A stretch of DNA of 35,415 bases from positions 1 to 35,415 of the forward strand of contig JBEBGD010000058.1 of NCBI GenBank assembly GCA_040081625.1. The letters run 5' to 3'. The stretch comes from Chthoniobacteraceae bacterium (lineage in GTDB: Bacteria > Verrucomicrobiota > Verrucomicrobiia > Chthoniobacterales > Chthoniobacteraceae). Position 1 is the first letter of the stretch. Every line of letters begins with the position of its first letter. Of the stretch, positions 26,882 through 34,683 are shown piece after piece. The position numbers and the translations under genes were made by a program. Under the pieces are notes generated by a model. It worked only from the letters and a program-made list of their open reading frames with translations, did no database searches and was not told the DNA's origin.

Positions 26882-28272
26882 GCGCGAAGACTCAGTTCCA
26901 CGCCGACTCGAACGTCACGACCGCCGACACGGATCGCCGCGCGTTCGTGCGGAGGGCGCTCGGTGGCTACAAGACCACGCGGGCAAAGACGGAGACGGCT
27001 TACGCGAGTTGGGAGCACGCGCGCGATGCGGCGAGTGCGATCAAATACGAGGGGATCAATCACCTCGACGCGATGCTCGAGCAGTTCGAGCAGCAGTTCA
27101 CCGCGCGCGGCGGGAAGGTCTTCTGGGCAAGCAACAGCCAGCAGGCGCGCGACTACATCCTCGGGCTCGCGCGCGATCGCGGCGTGAAGTCGATCGTGAA
27201 GTCGAAGGCGATGACGAGCGAGGAGATCCACCTCAACGACGCGCTGGAGCACGAAGGCTACGCGGTGATCGAGAGCGACCTCGGCGAGTTCATCCAGCAG
27301 CTCAAGCACGAGGCGCCGTATCACTTCGTCTTTCCGTGCATGCACCTCAAGCGCGACGAGATCAGCGCGCTTTTTGAAAAGGAACTCGGCAGCGCGAAGA
27401 CCGACTCCCCCGAGGAACTCACGATGATCGCCAGGCGCTGGCTGCGCCGGCATTACATCGAGGCCGACATGGGGATCAGCGGCGGCAACTTCATCATCGC
27501 CGAGACCGGCATGATCTCGATCACCGAGAACGAAGGCAACGCGCGCCTCACATGCGCGCATCCGCGCATCCACGTCGCGCTCGTCGGCATCGAGAAGGTG
27601 CTGCCGCGTCTCGCGGACCTCGCGCTCTTTCTCCCGATGCTCGGCACCGCCGGCACCGGGCAGAACATGACGTGTTACAACTCGATGTATGGCGGCCCAC
27701 GCCAACCGAGTGAGCAGGACGGCCCTGAGGAGTTTCACGTCGTGCTGCTGGACAATCACCGCACTCGTCTGCTCGCCGATCCCGAGCAACGCGACGCGCT
27801 CCACTGCATCCGCTGCGGCGCCTGCCTGAACGTGTGCCCGATCTTCAAAAACATCGGCGGCCACGCCTACGGCACCACGTATCAAGGCCCGATCGGCAGC
27901 GTCATCACACCGCACTTCCGCGGCTTGCAGGACTGGAAGCATCTCAGCGGCGCGTCGTCGCTCTGCGGCGCGTGCACCGAGGCGTGCCCGGTGAAAATCG
28001 ACATCCATCATCACCTGCTGCACAACCGCCGCAACGCGATGAAGGAGAAGCCCGCGCTGCTCGAGAAGCTGATGTGGAAGGCATTCTCGTGGTTCATGAA
28101 TCAGCCGCGGCTCTACGCGTTCGCGACGCGCTTCACGCCGTGGGCGCTTGCGCTGCACCCGCTCGTGAAAGCCACGCCGCTCGACCCGGTGCAGTCGTGG
28201 ACCAAGACGCGCGACTTCCCCGACGCGCCGACGAAGACGTTCAGGCAATTGTGGAAGGAGCGCGTGCGATGA
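26878..28272 (+). CDS. lutB: L-lactate utilization protein B (Fe-S subunit, LldF/YkgF)
   Basis: VKSKAMTSEE, ESDLGEFI, ENEGN, CIRCGACLNVCP, YQGPIG, SSLCGACTEACPVKI. Confidence 0.95.
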   Translation: MSAKTQFHADSNVTTADTDRRAFVRRALGGYKTTRAKTETAYASWEHARDAASAIKYEGINHLDAMLEQFEQQFTARGGKVFWASNSQQARDYILGLARDRGVKSIVKSKAMTSEEIHLNDALEHEGYAVIESDLGEFIQQLKHEAPYHFVFPCMHLKRDEISALFEKELGSAKTDSPEELTMIARRWLRRHYIEADMGISGGNFIIAETGMISITENEGNARLTCAHPRIHVALVGIEKVLPRLADLALFLPMLGTAGTGQNMTCYNSMYGGPRQPSEQDGPEEFHVVLLDNHRTRLLADPEQRDALHCIRCGACLNVCPIFKNIGGHAYGTTYQGPIGSVITPHFRGLQDWKHLSGASSLCGACTEACPVKIDIHHHLLHNRRNAMKEKPALLEKLMWKAFSWFMNQPRLYAFATRFTPWALALHPLVKATPLDPVQSWTKTRDFPDAPTKTFRQLWKERVR

Positions 28273-28958
28273 ATGGTGATCGCGAGGCCATCCTCGGGCG
28301 CGTCCGCGAGGCGCTGCGCGTGCCCGCGCCGCGTCATCACGAGAAGCCGGCGCCGGCGCCAGGCTCGATCGCCACCGCACCGTTTCGCGAGTGGCTGCCG
28401 GTCGTCGGCCCGACGCACGAGGACCGTCTCGCGTCATTCATGCGGCTGAGCGAATCGCTTCGGACGGAGTTTGTGAATTGCCCCACCATCGAACTGGCTG
28501 GCGCGCACCTGGCGAAGCTCGCGAGCGACCACGGCTGGGAGAGACTCGCGACGCACGCGGGCGATTTGACCGACGTTCTCGCCGAGCACGTGCGCCCGCG
28601 CGAAGTGCTGCGCATCGAATCCGACTACGACAAGAACGCGCTCGAAGCCTGCGACGCCGGCCTCACCGAATGCGAATGCCTCGTCGCGCAGACTGGCAGC
28701 GTGTGTGTGACTACGCGCAGTTCCGGCGGTCGCGCGCTCAGCGTGCTGCCGCCGCATCACGTCGTCATCGCGAGCCGCGCGCAGCTTCTCCCCGACCTCA
28801 CCGCCGCCTACGAATTGCTCGCGCAGAAATACGGCGCGTCCGGCTACCCGAGCTTCATGGGTTTCATCAACGGCCCGAGCCGCACCGGGGACATCGAGCG
28901 CATCCTGGTGCTCGGCGCGCACGGCCCGAAGAAGCTGACGGTGCTGCTGGTGCCGTAG
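28269..28958 (+). CDS. lutC: L-lactate utilization protein C (LUD domain, LldG/YkgG)
   Basis: Start ATG 28269 (ATGA overlap), REAILGRVREAL; AQTGS, GRALSVLPPHH, INGPSRTGDIERILVLGAHGP. Confidence 0.93.
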   Translation: MNGDREAILGRVREALRVPAPRHHEKPAPAPGSIATAPFREWLPVVGPTHEDRLASFMRLSESLRTEFVNCPTIELAGAHLAKLASDHGWERLATHAGDLTDVLAEHVRPREVLRIESDYDKNALEACDAGLTECECLVAQTGSVCVTTRSSGGRALSVLPPHHVVIASRAQLLPDLTAAYELLAQKYGASGYPSFMGFINGPSRTGDIERILVLGAHGPKKLTVLLVP

Positions 28959-29071
28959 CAAGGAGGGGCGGCGTCCCGCCGCCCTGAACCCCGGAGGGGT
29001 TCCCAAAACAGATCCGCTCGACCGGGGAGCCGCTATCTCGGTTCAGGGCGGCGGGACGCCGCCCCTCCTTG
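28959..29071. repeat. REP doublet (REPIN-like): perfect 32-bp inverted repeat with 49-bp spacer
   Basis: caaggaggggcggcgtcccgccgccctgaacc (28959-28990) and its exact reverse complement (29040-29071). Each arm has a GGAG head followed by the hairpin gggcggcg-tcc-cgccgccc. Confidence 0.88.
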
Positions 29072-29072
29072 G

Positions 29073-31310
29073 CTATTGGAAGTAATCGAAGTCCCGTTCG
29101 CTCCCGAGCTTTCGCCGCACGCGGAAGACGTGTCCGGGACGCTCGGCGGGATTGAGGCGCACGAAGTTGCTCCGGCCCTTCCAGTGGAAACGCTCGCCGG
29201 TGAGGAGATCGTGGACCTGATACACCTCCTGCTCGCTGAGGCCGAAGTCTTCGAGCGGCACAGTCACATACGCATCCTGCGCGTGAAACGGATCGAGGTT
29301 CACGATGATGAGAAGGCAGTTGTCGCGTGCGACCGTCTGCTTCGCGTAGGCGAGGACGAGGTCGTTGTCGCACGGGACGAAGCGCAGGTTGCGAAGTTGT
29401 TGCAGCGCGCGGTTCTCGCGACGGATCGCATTCAAGCGCGTGACGAGCGGCTTGATGTTGCCGGGCGAGTTCCAGTCGCGCTGCTTCCACTGATACTTTT
29501 CGCTCTCCCAGTATTCCTCCTTCGCGAGCTGCTTGTAGTCGAAGTCGCAGAGGTTGAGGAAATGCCGCACGTCGCGCGCGGCGTCGAAGTCGGCGCGCCA
29601 CAGGCCGGCGTTTTCGCACAGCTCGAAGCCCGAGTAGATGCCGTAGGTCGGCGCGAGTGTCGCTGCGAGCACGGCGCGCACGGCGAAGGCGGGGCGCCCG
29701 CCGAATTGCAGGTAGCTCGGCAGGATGTCCGGCGTGTTGGCGAAAAGATTCGGCCGCATCACGTCGGCGACCTCGCCGGTCAGCTCGGTGAAGTAGCCGG
29801 TGAGCCCGTCCTTCGTGTTTCGCCAAGTGAAGTAGGTGTAGCTCTGCGTAAAGCCGGCGCGCGCGAGCACGCGCATCATCTTCGACTTCGTGAAGGCCTC
29901 ACTGAGAAAGATCGCGTCGGGCCAGCGGCGCTGCACGCGGCCGATCATGTATTCCCAAAACGCGACCGGCTTCGTGTGCGGATTATCGACGCGGAAGATG
30001 CGCACGCCGTGCTCGCACCAGAACTCGATCACGCTCGTCAACTCGTCCCACAACACGGGCCAGCTCGGGTTGTGGTAGTTCAGCGGATAAACGTCCTGAT
30101 ATTTTTTGGGCGGGTTCTCGGCGTATTTGATCGTGCCGTCGGGGCGCTGGTAAAACCACTCGGGGTGCGCGGCGACGTAGGGATGATCGGGCGAGCAGTT
30201 CAGCGCGAAGTCGAGCGCGACCTCCATCCCGCGCGCGTGGATCTCGCCGACGAGCCAGTCGAAGTCCTCGAGAGTGCCGAGTTCCGGCGCCACGTCTTTG
30301 TGGCCGCCGCCGTTCGGGCATTTCTGGTGCCGGTTCCCGATCGCGTAAGGCACGCCGGGCTCGCCGGGTTCGCACGTCACGGAGTTGTTGCGGCCTTTGC
30401 GCGCGGTCACGCCGACGGGATGGATCGGCGGGAAATAGATCACGTCGAAGCCCATCGCCTTTGCGTCATCGACGCGCGCGAGGCAGTCGCGGAAGGTCGA
30501 GCCTTTGTCGCCGCGGCCCTCGGCGGAGCGGGGGAAGAACTCATACCATGCGCCGATCAGCGCTCGCTCGCGGTCCACCCAGACGCGGGGGTAATCCGGG
30601 GTGACCGGTGATCGGTGATCGGTGATCGGTGGGTCGACGCTTTCTTCGATTGCGACCTTTTTCTTCCCGCGCGACTTCGCCTTCTTTGGCGCGGGCTTCG
30701 GCGGGAGCAGGTCGTCCACGGTGCCGATCAACTCCGCGGCATTGAGCGTGAACTCCGTCGCCTCGCTGCGATCCGCGTAGCTCGTCATCAGCGCTTCGAG
30801 TTCGTGCTCGTGCGCGAGATTGTCCACCTGCTCCGGTGCGCCCGCGCGGATTTCCGCCGCGATCTCGCGCAGCCGCCCGGCGTCGTGCTGCTGTCCCGCG
30901 GCGACCGCGCGCAGCGCCGCCTGCTCAATGAATTGCGCGCCTTCGAGGGTCTCGCTCGCGAGGTTCGGCTCGTTCGCCTTGAACTTCGTCGAGAACTCGT
31001 GTTGCCACGAACGGAACGTGTCGCCCCATGCTTCGATCGTGATTTCGTGCGCGCCCATCTCGAAAAACGAACACGTGCCGCGCCAGTGATCCTTGTTCCA
31101 CGCCTCGACGCAGGTCATCGGCGTCTCGTGCCACTTCGCCGTGCCGACGACGCGCCACTTGAGCAGCGCGACGACGACATCGTGCCCGTCCTTGAACACA
31201 TCGGCCTCGATCGTGAGATCCTCGCCGACGGCGCGCTTGACCGGATAGCGGCCGCCTTCGATCAGCGGCGTGACATTCTCGATTACGACGGTCGGCGGGT
31301 GCGGGTGCAT
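29073..31310 (-). CDS. glgE: Alpha-1,4-glucan:maltose-1-phosphate maltosyltransferase (GH13_3)
   Basis: Start MHPHPP at 31310; ADVFKDGHD, AWYEFFPRS, RKGRNN, CSPDHP, YAENPPKKYQDVYP, catalytic FRVDNPHTKP, FLSEAFT, NTPDIL, SEKYQ. Confidence 0.96.
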   Translation of the reverse strand: MHPHPPTVVIENVTPLIEGGRYPVKRAVGEDLTIEADVFKDGHDVVVALLKWRVVGTAKWHETPMTCVEAWNKDHWRGTCSFFEMGAHEITIEAWGDTFRSWQHEFSTKFKANEPNLASETLEGAQFIEQAALRAVAAGQQHDAGRLREIAAEIRAGAPEQVDNLAHEHELEALMTSYADRSEATEFTLNAAELIGTVDDLLPPKPAPKKAKSRGKKKVAIEESVDPPITDHRSPVTPDYPRVWVDRERALIGAWYEFFPRSAEGRGDKGSTFRDCLARVDDAKAMGFDVIYFPPIHPVGVTARKGRNNSVTCEPGEPGVPYAIGNRHQKCPNGGGHKDVAPELGTLEDFDWLVGEIHARGMEVALDFALNCSPDHPYVAAHPEWFYQRPDGTIKYAENPPKKYQDVYPLNYHNPSWPVLWDELTSVIEFWCEHGVRIFRVDNPHTKPVAFWEYMIGRVQRRWPDAIFLSEAFTKSKMMRVLARAGFTQSYTYFTWRNTKDGLTGYFTELTGEVADVMRPNLFANTPDILPSYLQFGGRPAFAVRAVLAATLAPTYGIYSGFELCENAGLWRADFDAARDVRHFLNLCDFDYKQLAKEEYWESEKYQWKQRDWNSPGNIKPLVTRLNAIRRENRALQQLRNLRFVPCDNDLVLAYAKQTVARDNCLLIIVNLDPFHAQDAYVTVPLEDFGLSEQEVYQVHDLLTGERFHWKGRSNFVRLNPAERPGHVFRVRRKLGSERDFDYFQ
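30601..30628 (-). repeat. Heptamer tandem repeat inside glgE
   Basis: Coding strand reads cgatcac cgatcac cgatcac cggtcac; encodes PITDHRSPVT. Confidence 0.85.
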
Positions 31311-31358
31311 GCGGAGGCGATTCTTGCGCCCGCCGAGCCAACGCAGCAAGGCCGATCC

Positions 31359-32009
31359 CTAATTGCCGGTGGGCGTTGGCGCGGACTGGTCTTCTTCTTT
31401 TTTTTCCAGGTTGGGGAGGAAATTTTTCAAGACCTTGTCGAACTTCGTCGTGCGAGCGAGGACGTATTGCCGCGTATCGTTATCCATCAGGAACTGGCTG
31501 ATTAGGATGGTGGTTAGGCCGAAAGTCACAATCGTGGGCAGGATGAGGGTGACCCAGCGTGGGCGTGGATTGGGCTGATTGCCGATGCCAAACAAGCTAA
31601 ACCACAGCAGCGTGCCAGTGCCCGCAGCTCCGTAGATGGCTCCGGTCTGCCACGGATCGAGCGCGAAGACGTCGTAGAGCCGCAGCGCCGGGAACAAATT
31701 GAGGGCGAATAAGGCGACCGCGATCTGCCACGCCATCAGAACCGTCCAGGCCAGGTTGAAGGCATCGTCGGGAAACTGCGCGCCCGGGCGAAGCATGGCG
31801 AGTGTGCCGGCGACGTAGATGATGACAAACGCGCCCAGGCTCACCAACCCCTTCGCGGTGACCGCGTCGTCGTCAAACCGCACGTAGTCGCACAGGCTAT
31901 ATAGAGTCAGGTTTGCAACCAGCATCGTGGCGATTGCCGTGAGGGAGGCTCGCGGTTGAGTCCAATAGAAAAGGGTGGTTGCGCGGAGCGCGGTGAAGAA
32001 CTGCGTCAT
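31359..32009 (-). CDS. Hypothetical integral membrane protein (about 5-6 TM)
   Basis: 216-aa ORF with alternating hydrophobic helices and a charged C-terminal tail; co-oriented with neighbours; lower-GC DNA. Confidence 0.7.
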   Translation of the reverse strand: MTQFFTALRATTLFYWTQPRASLTAIATMLVANLTLYSLCDYVRFDDDAVTAKGLVSLGAFVIIYVAGTLAMLRPGAQFPDDAFNLAWTVLMAWQIAVALFALNLFPALRLYDVFALDPWQTGAIYGAAGTGTLLWFSLFGIGNQPNPRPRWVTLILPTIVTFGLTTILISQFLMDNDTRQYVLARTTKFDKVLKNFLPNLEKKEEDQSAPTPTGN

Positions 32010-32016
32010 TGGAATC

Positions 32017-32739
32017 TCATTCGACTACGAAGCGGAGATGGTATCGGTTGTCGATGTCGCCGGTGGCTGCGGACTTCTCGATGAGCATGACGTCCACTTC
32101 CGTGTAGTCGTTACCGACGGTGAACTCAAACTTCGGCGTTTGGGGGGCTGGTTTCGTCGGCTGTCCGAGGCTGTAGATGCACGCGCGGCGGTAACTGTTG
32201 GCGCGAAGAATGGCATCGGGTGTGGCGTTTCCTCCGTCGCCTATCCCCAGCCAGGTCGGGAAGCGGAACTGATCCCGGCGTCCAGTTCCCTTGTCCGTGC
32301 GCTCGCCGCCATCGATCTCGCGATGAAACTTCGTCTTAAGCACTGAATGGTAGGAAATCAGGTTCCGGTGATAACGATCATAGTCCCTCGGCGACACTGT
32401 CGGTGCGGTGGCGGGATCACGATAGCGGGTGTATTCGAAAACCGTGATCGGGCGCGGCTCCTGTTCCTCCCGCAGCGGCTCGCTTCCATACATGCCTTCG
32501 ATCAGGAAGATGTGGTAGCTGGGCTGCCATTCGGTGTTTGGGCGCCGCAGTTCGTGCTTTAGGGTGACCGTCGAATTCCTGGCGATTTTGATGCGAGATT
32601 CCGGTTTGCGGTCCCAATGCCAGACTTCCTGATCAGCCTTGCCGGGAAGGCTGAGAAACAAGTGCCTCGTTCCATCGAGCGACGGCGTTTGAGCCAATGC
32701 TAATTGGAGTGGGGCGAAAAGGAAAAGTGTTCTCCACAT
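32017..32739 (-). CDS. Hypothetical exported protein
   Basis: 240-aa ORF; signal-peptide-like N-terminus MWRTLFLFAPLQLALA-Q; 7-bp gap to the next gene; no recognisable family motif. Confidence 0.7.
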   Translation of the reverse strand: MWRTLFLFAPLQLALAQTPSLDGTRHLFLSLPGKADQEVWHWDRKPESRIKIARNSTVTLKHELRRPNTEWQPSYHIFLIEGMYGSEPLREEQEPRPITVFEYTRYRDPATAPTVSPRDYDRYHRNLISYHSVLKTKFHREIDGGERTDKGTGRRDQFRFPTWLGIGDGGNATPDAILRANSYRRACIYSLGQPTKPAPQTPKFEFTVGNDYTEVDVMLIEKSAATGDIDNRYHLRFVVE

Positions 32740-32823
32740 GCCCGAGATGGTGTTTCCGAACAGCCTCGCGCTGTCAAGCTTCGCCGCTGGCGAAGACAGA
32801 GCCTGCGGTCCGCCGCGGTGGCA

Positions 32824-33750
32824 TCATTCGGCAACTCCGGCCAGCACTTCAGTTGCGCCAATTCGTTCCACGATTTCGCGCAGCCGCGCGACCGCGGTCG
32901 GGATGTGTTCGAGGAATTGCGAGCGCTGGTCGAGGTGGCCGAGCTTCCCGTAAGCGCCGAGTGCCTGCATGAGCCGCTGCATGGCGCACAAGTCGTAGAT
33001 GCGCATGAACTCCGGGTCGTGCGCGTGCCCGGGTCCGAGCAGGCCGCCGAGGTAATGGCCGAGCAGATCGTCGCGCTCCGCGGCCGTGAGCGGGACGTAG
33101 GGATCGAGCAGGAGCGAGGCGAGGTCGTATTGCGCGAGGCCGGGGCGCAGGCCTTGGAAGTCGATGAGGCAGACTTCGCCGGCGCGCACGATGATGTTCT
33201 GGCTTTGGAAATCGCGATGCACGAGGCAGCGCGGGAGCGAGGCGAGTTCGTCGGCGATCTCGTGGAGGCGCGTGCGATCGACGGGAGCGGTGTGGCCGAA
33301 GTGACGGCCGAGGCAGTGCTCGATGAAGTAATCCTGCTCCCAGCGATAGAGCGCGGAGTCGAACTGCTGCTGGAGCTGGAGCTTGTCGAGGCCGGCGGCG
33401 TGGTGGCCGCGCGTGTGGAGCAAAAGCGCCTGGTCGAGCGTGCGCTGATAGAGCGCGCGCCGTTGCGGCCACGAGTCGCTGCGGTGCGACCACAGGTCGT
33501 TGTCGCCCGCGTCCTCCATCACGATGAGGCCGTCGGTTTCGTCGTGGAAATAGACCGCCGGCACGCGCACGCCGATGCTCTCGAGGAAGCGCGCGATCGA
33601 GACGTAGTGGCGGTTCTCCGGCCGGTCCTCGCCGTAGCGCACGAGGATGAGCGTGTGATCGGCGACGTGCATCCGCCAGAAGCGGCGGCCTGAGCCGCCC
33701 TTCTCGATTGGCAGGACGCTGACGCTTTGTCGTGCGAGTTCGCTGAGCAT
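32824..33750 (-). CDS. APH/choline-kinase family phosphotransferase, AmgK-like anomeric sugar kinase
   Basis: Start MLSELARQ at 33750; KGGSGRRFWR, MEDAGD, Brenner motif HRDFQSQNI, IDFQGLRPG, YDLASLLLDPY, QRLMQALGAYG. Confidence 0.85.
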   Translation of the reverse strand: MLSELARQSVSVLPIEKGGSGRRFWRMHVADHTLILVRYGEDRPENRHYVSIARFLESIGVRVPAVYFHDETDGLIVMEDAGDNDLWSHRSDSWPQRRALYQRTLDQALLLHTRGHHAAGLDKLQLQQQFDSALYRWEQDYFIEHCLGRHFGHTAPVDRTRLHEIADELASLPRCLVHRDFQSQNIIVRAGEVCLIDFQGLRPGLAQYDLASLLLDPYVPLTAAERDDLLGHYLGGLLGPGHAHDPEFMRIYDLCAMQRLMQALGAYGKLGHLDQRSQFLEHIPTAVARLREIVERIGATEVLAGVAE

Positions 33751-33797
33751 GGGCGCGCGACTCTCGGCGACGCGGCCGGGCTGTCCAGTGTCAGCGC

Positions 33798-34586
33798 TCA
33801 GTGCCGCGCCACGCCGCGTGCGCCGCCACCTGCCGGGCGCGCGGCTTCGAGCGCGAGCTTCGCTTCCTTTTGATACTGCTCGTCCTGCGCGTCGAGCGGG
33901 CGGATGCCGAGGACGTTCTGCCAGCGCTGCGCCGCGCGTTCCTTGTCGCCGGTTGCGGCGAGGACTTTTGCAAGCTCGGCATGGTGCATCATGCGCTGTG
34001 GGGCGAGTTCGGCGGCCTTTCGCAGGCATTTCACCGCGTCCTCGTTGCTCGCCGGCGGCAAGCCGCCATACACGAGTCCTGCGAGCGCCTTGAGGATTCC
34101 GTTGAGGTTCGCGACGCCGGCGTGCCAGCGGCCGAGCACGTGCCACGCGTAGTCGTCGGTCGCATCGAGTTCGATGGAGCGCCGCGCCTCGTCGTGGATG
34201 AGCTTCGCGTATTCCATCTTCGTCTTGTTGCTCACGAAGTCGGTCATCTTCCCGTAGCAGATCGCGAGGTTCAGGTGCGCCTTCGCGCTCTGTGCGTCGA
34301 GGACGAGCGCGCGGCGACCGTAGTCGAGCGCCTTCTCAGCCGCGGCCTTTGCGGCAGCCTTGTCCTTCGTCCGGTCGCCGAGGTCGGTGTATTGCTTCGA
34401 GATGCGCAGCAGCACGCCGAAGTTCTGGGGATCGATCGCTTCGGCTTGATGTAATGCGGCGAGTGCGGCTCGCGTGTCGTGCCTCGTGTCGGCGGCGTCG
34501 CCCTGCTGGGTGAGCGCGGCGACGCGCGCATCGCCGGCCAGCAGCGGACCCGCGATCGAAATCAGGAGCAGGACGTAAGCTTTCAC
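33798..34586 (-). CDS. Exported TPR protein, RMDN (regulator of microtubule dynamics)-like
   Basis: Signal peptide; TPR helices; RSIELDATDDYAWHVLGRWH...VYGGLPPASNEDAVKCLRKAAELAP. Confidence 0.75.
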   Translation of the reverse strand: MKAYVLLLISIAGPLLAGDARVAALTQQGDAADTRHDTRAALAALHQAEAIDPQNFGVLLRISKQYTDLGDRTKDKAAAKAAAEKALDYGRRALVLDAQSAKAHLNLAICYGKMTDFVSNKTKMEYAKLIHDEARRSIELDATDDYAWHVLGRWHAGVANLNGILKALAGLVYGGLPPASNEDAVKCLRKAAELAPQRMMHHAELAKVLAATGDKERAAQRWQNVLGIRPLDAQDEQYQKEAKLALEAARPAGGGARGVARH

Positions 34587-34683
34587 GACCGCGCGATTAG
34601 AGCAGGTTCCGTGAAATTGTCCGCCCGCGAGTTGGAGAAATTTTCACCGCATCGCGGACGCGGTCGGTGTAAGCAGGCGCGCG

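Noticed and set aside
31975..32346. 123-aa plus-strand ORF in the low-GC islet
   Set aside because: Antisense to the 240-aa ORF, which has a signal peptide and operon-like spacing.
322..33693. Many long antisense or alternate-frame ORFs (e.g. 4347-6713 -, 20126-22195 +, 21996-23396 +, 26806-28437 -, 29076-30611 +, 32704-33693 +)
   Set aside because: Shadow ORFs expected in high-GC coding DNA; they lack motifs and fully overlap well-supported genes.
34605..34670. Imperfect inverted repeats (gtgaaatt...aattttcac; caccg...cggtg) upstream of the sensor kinase
   Set aside because: Short and imperfect; cannot be distinguished from chance or assigned to a regulator without comparative data.
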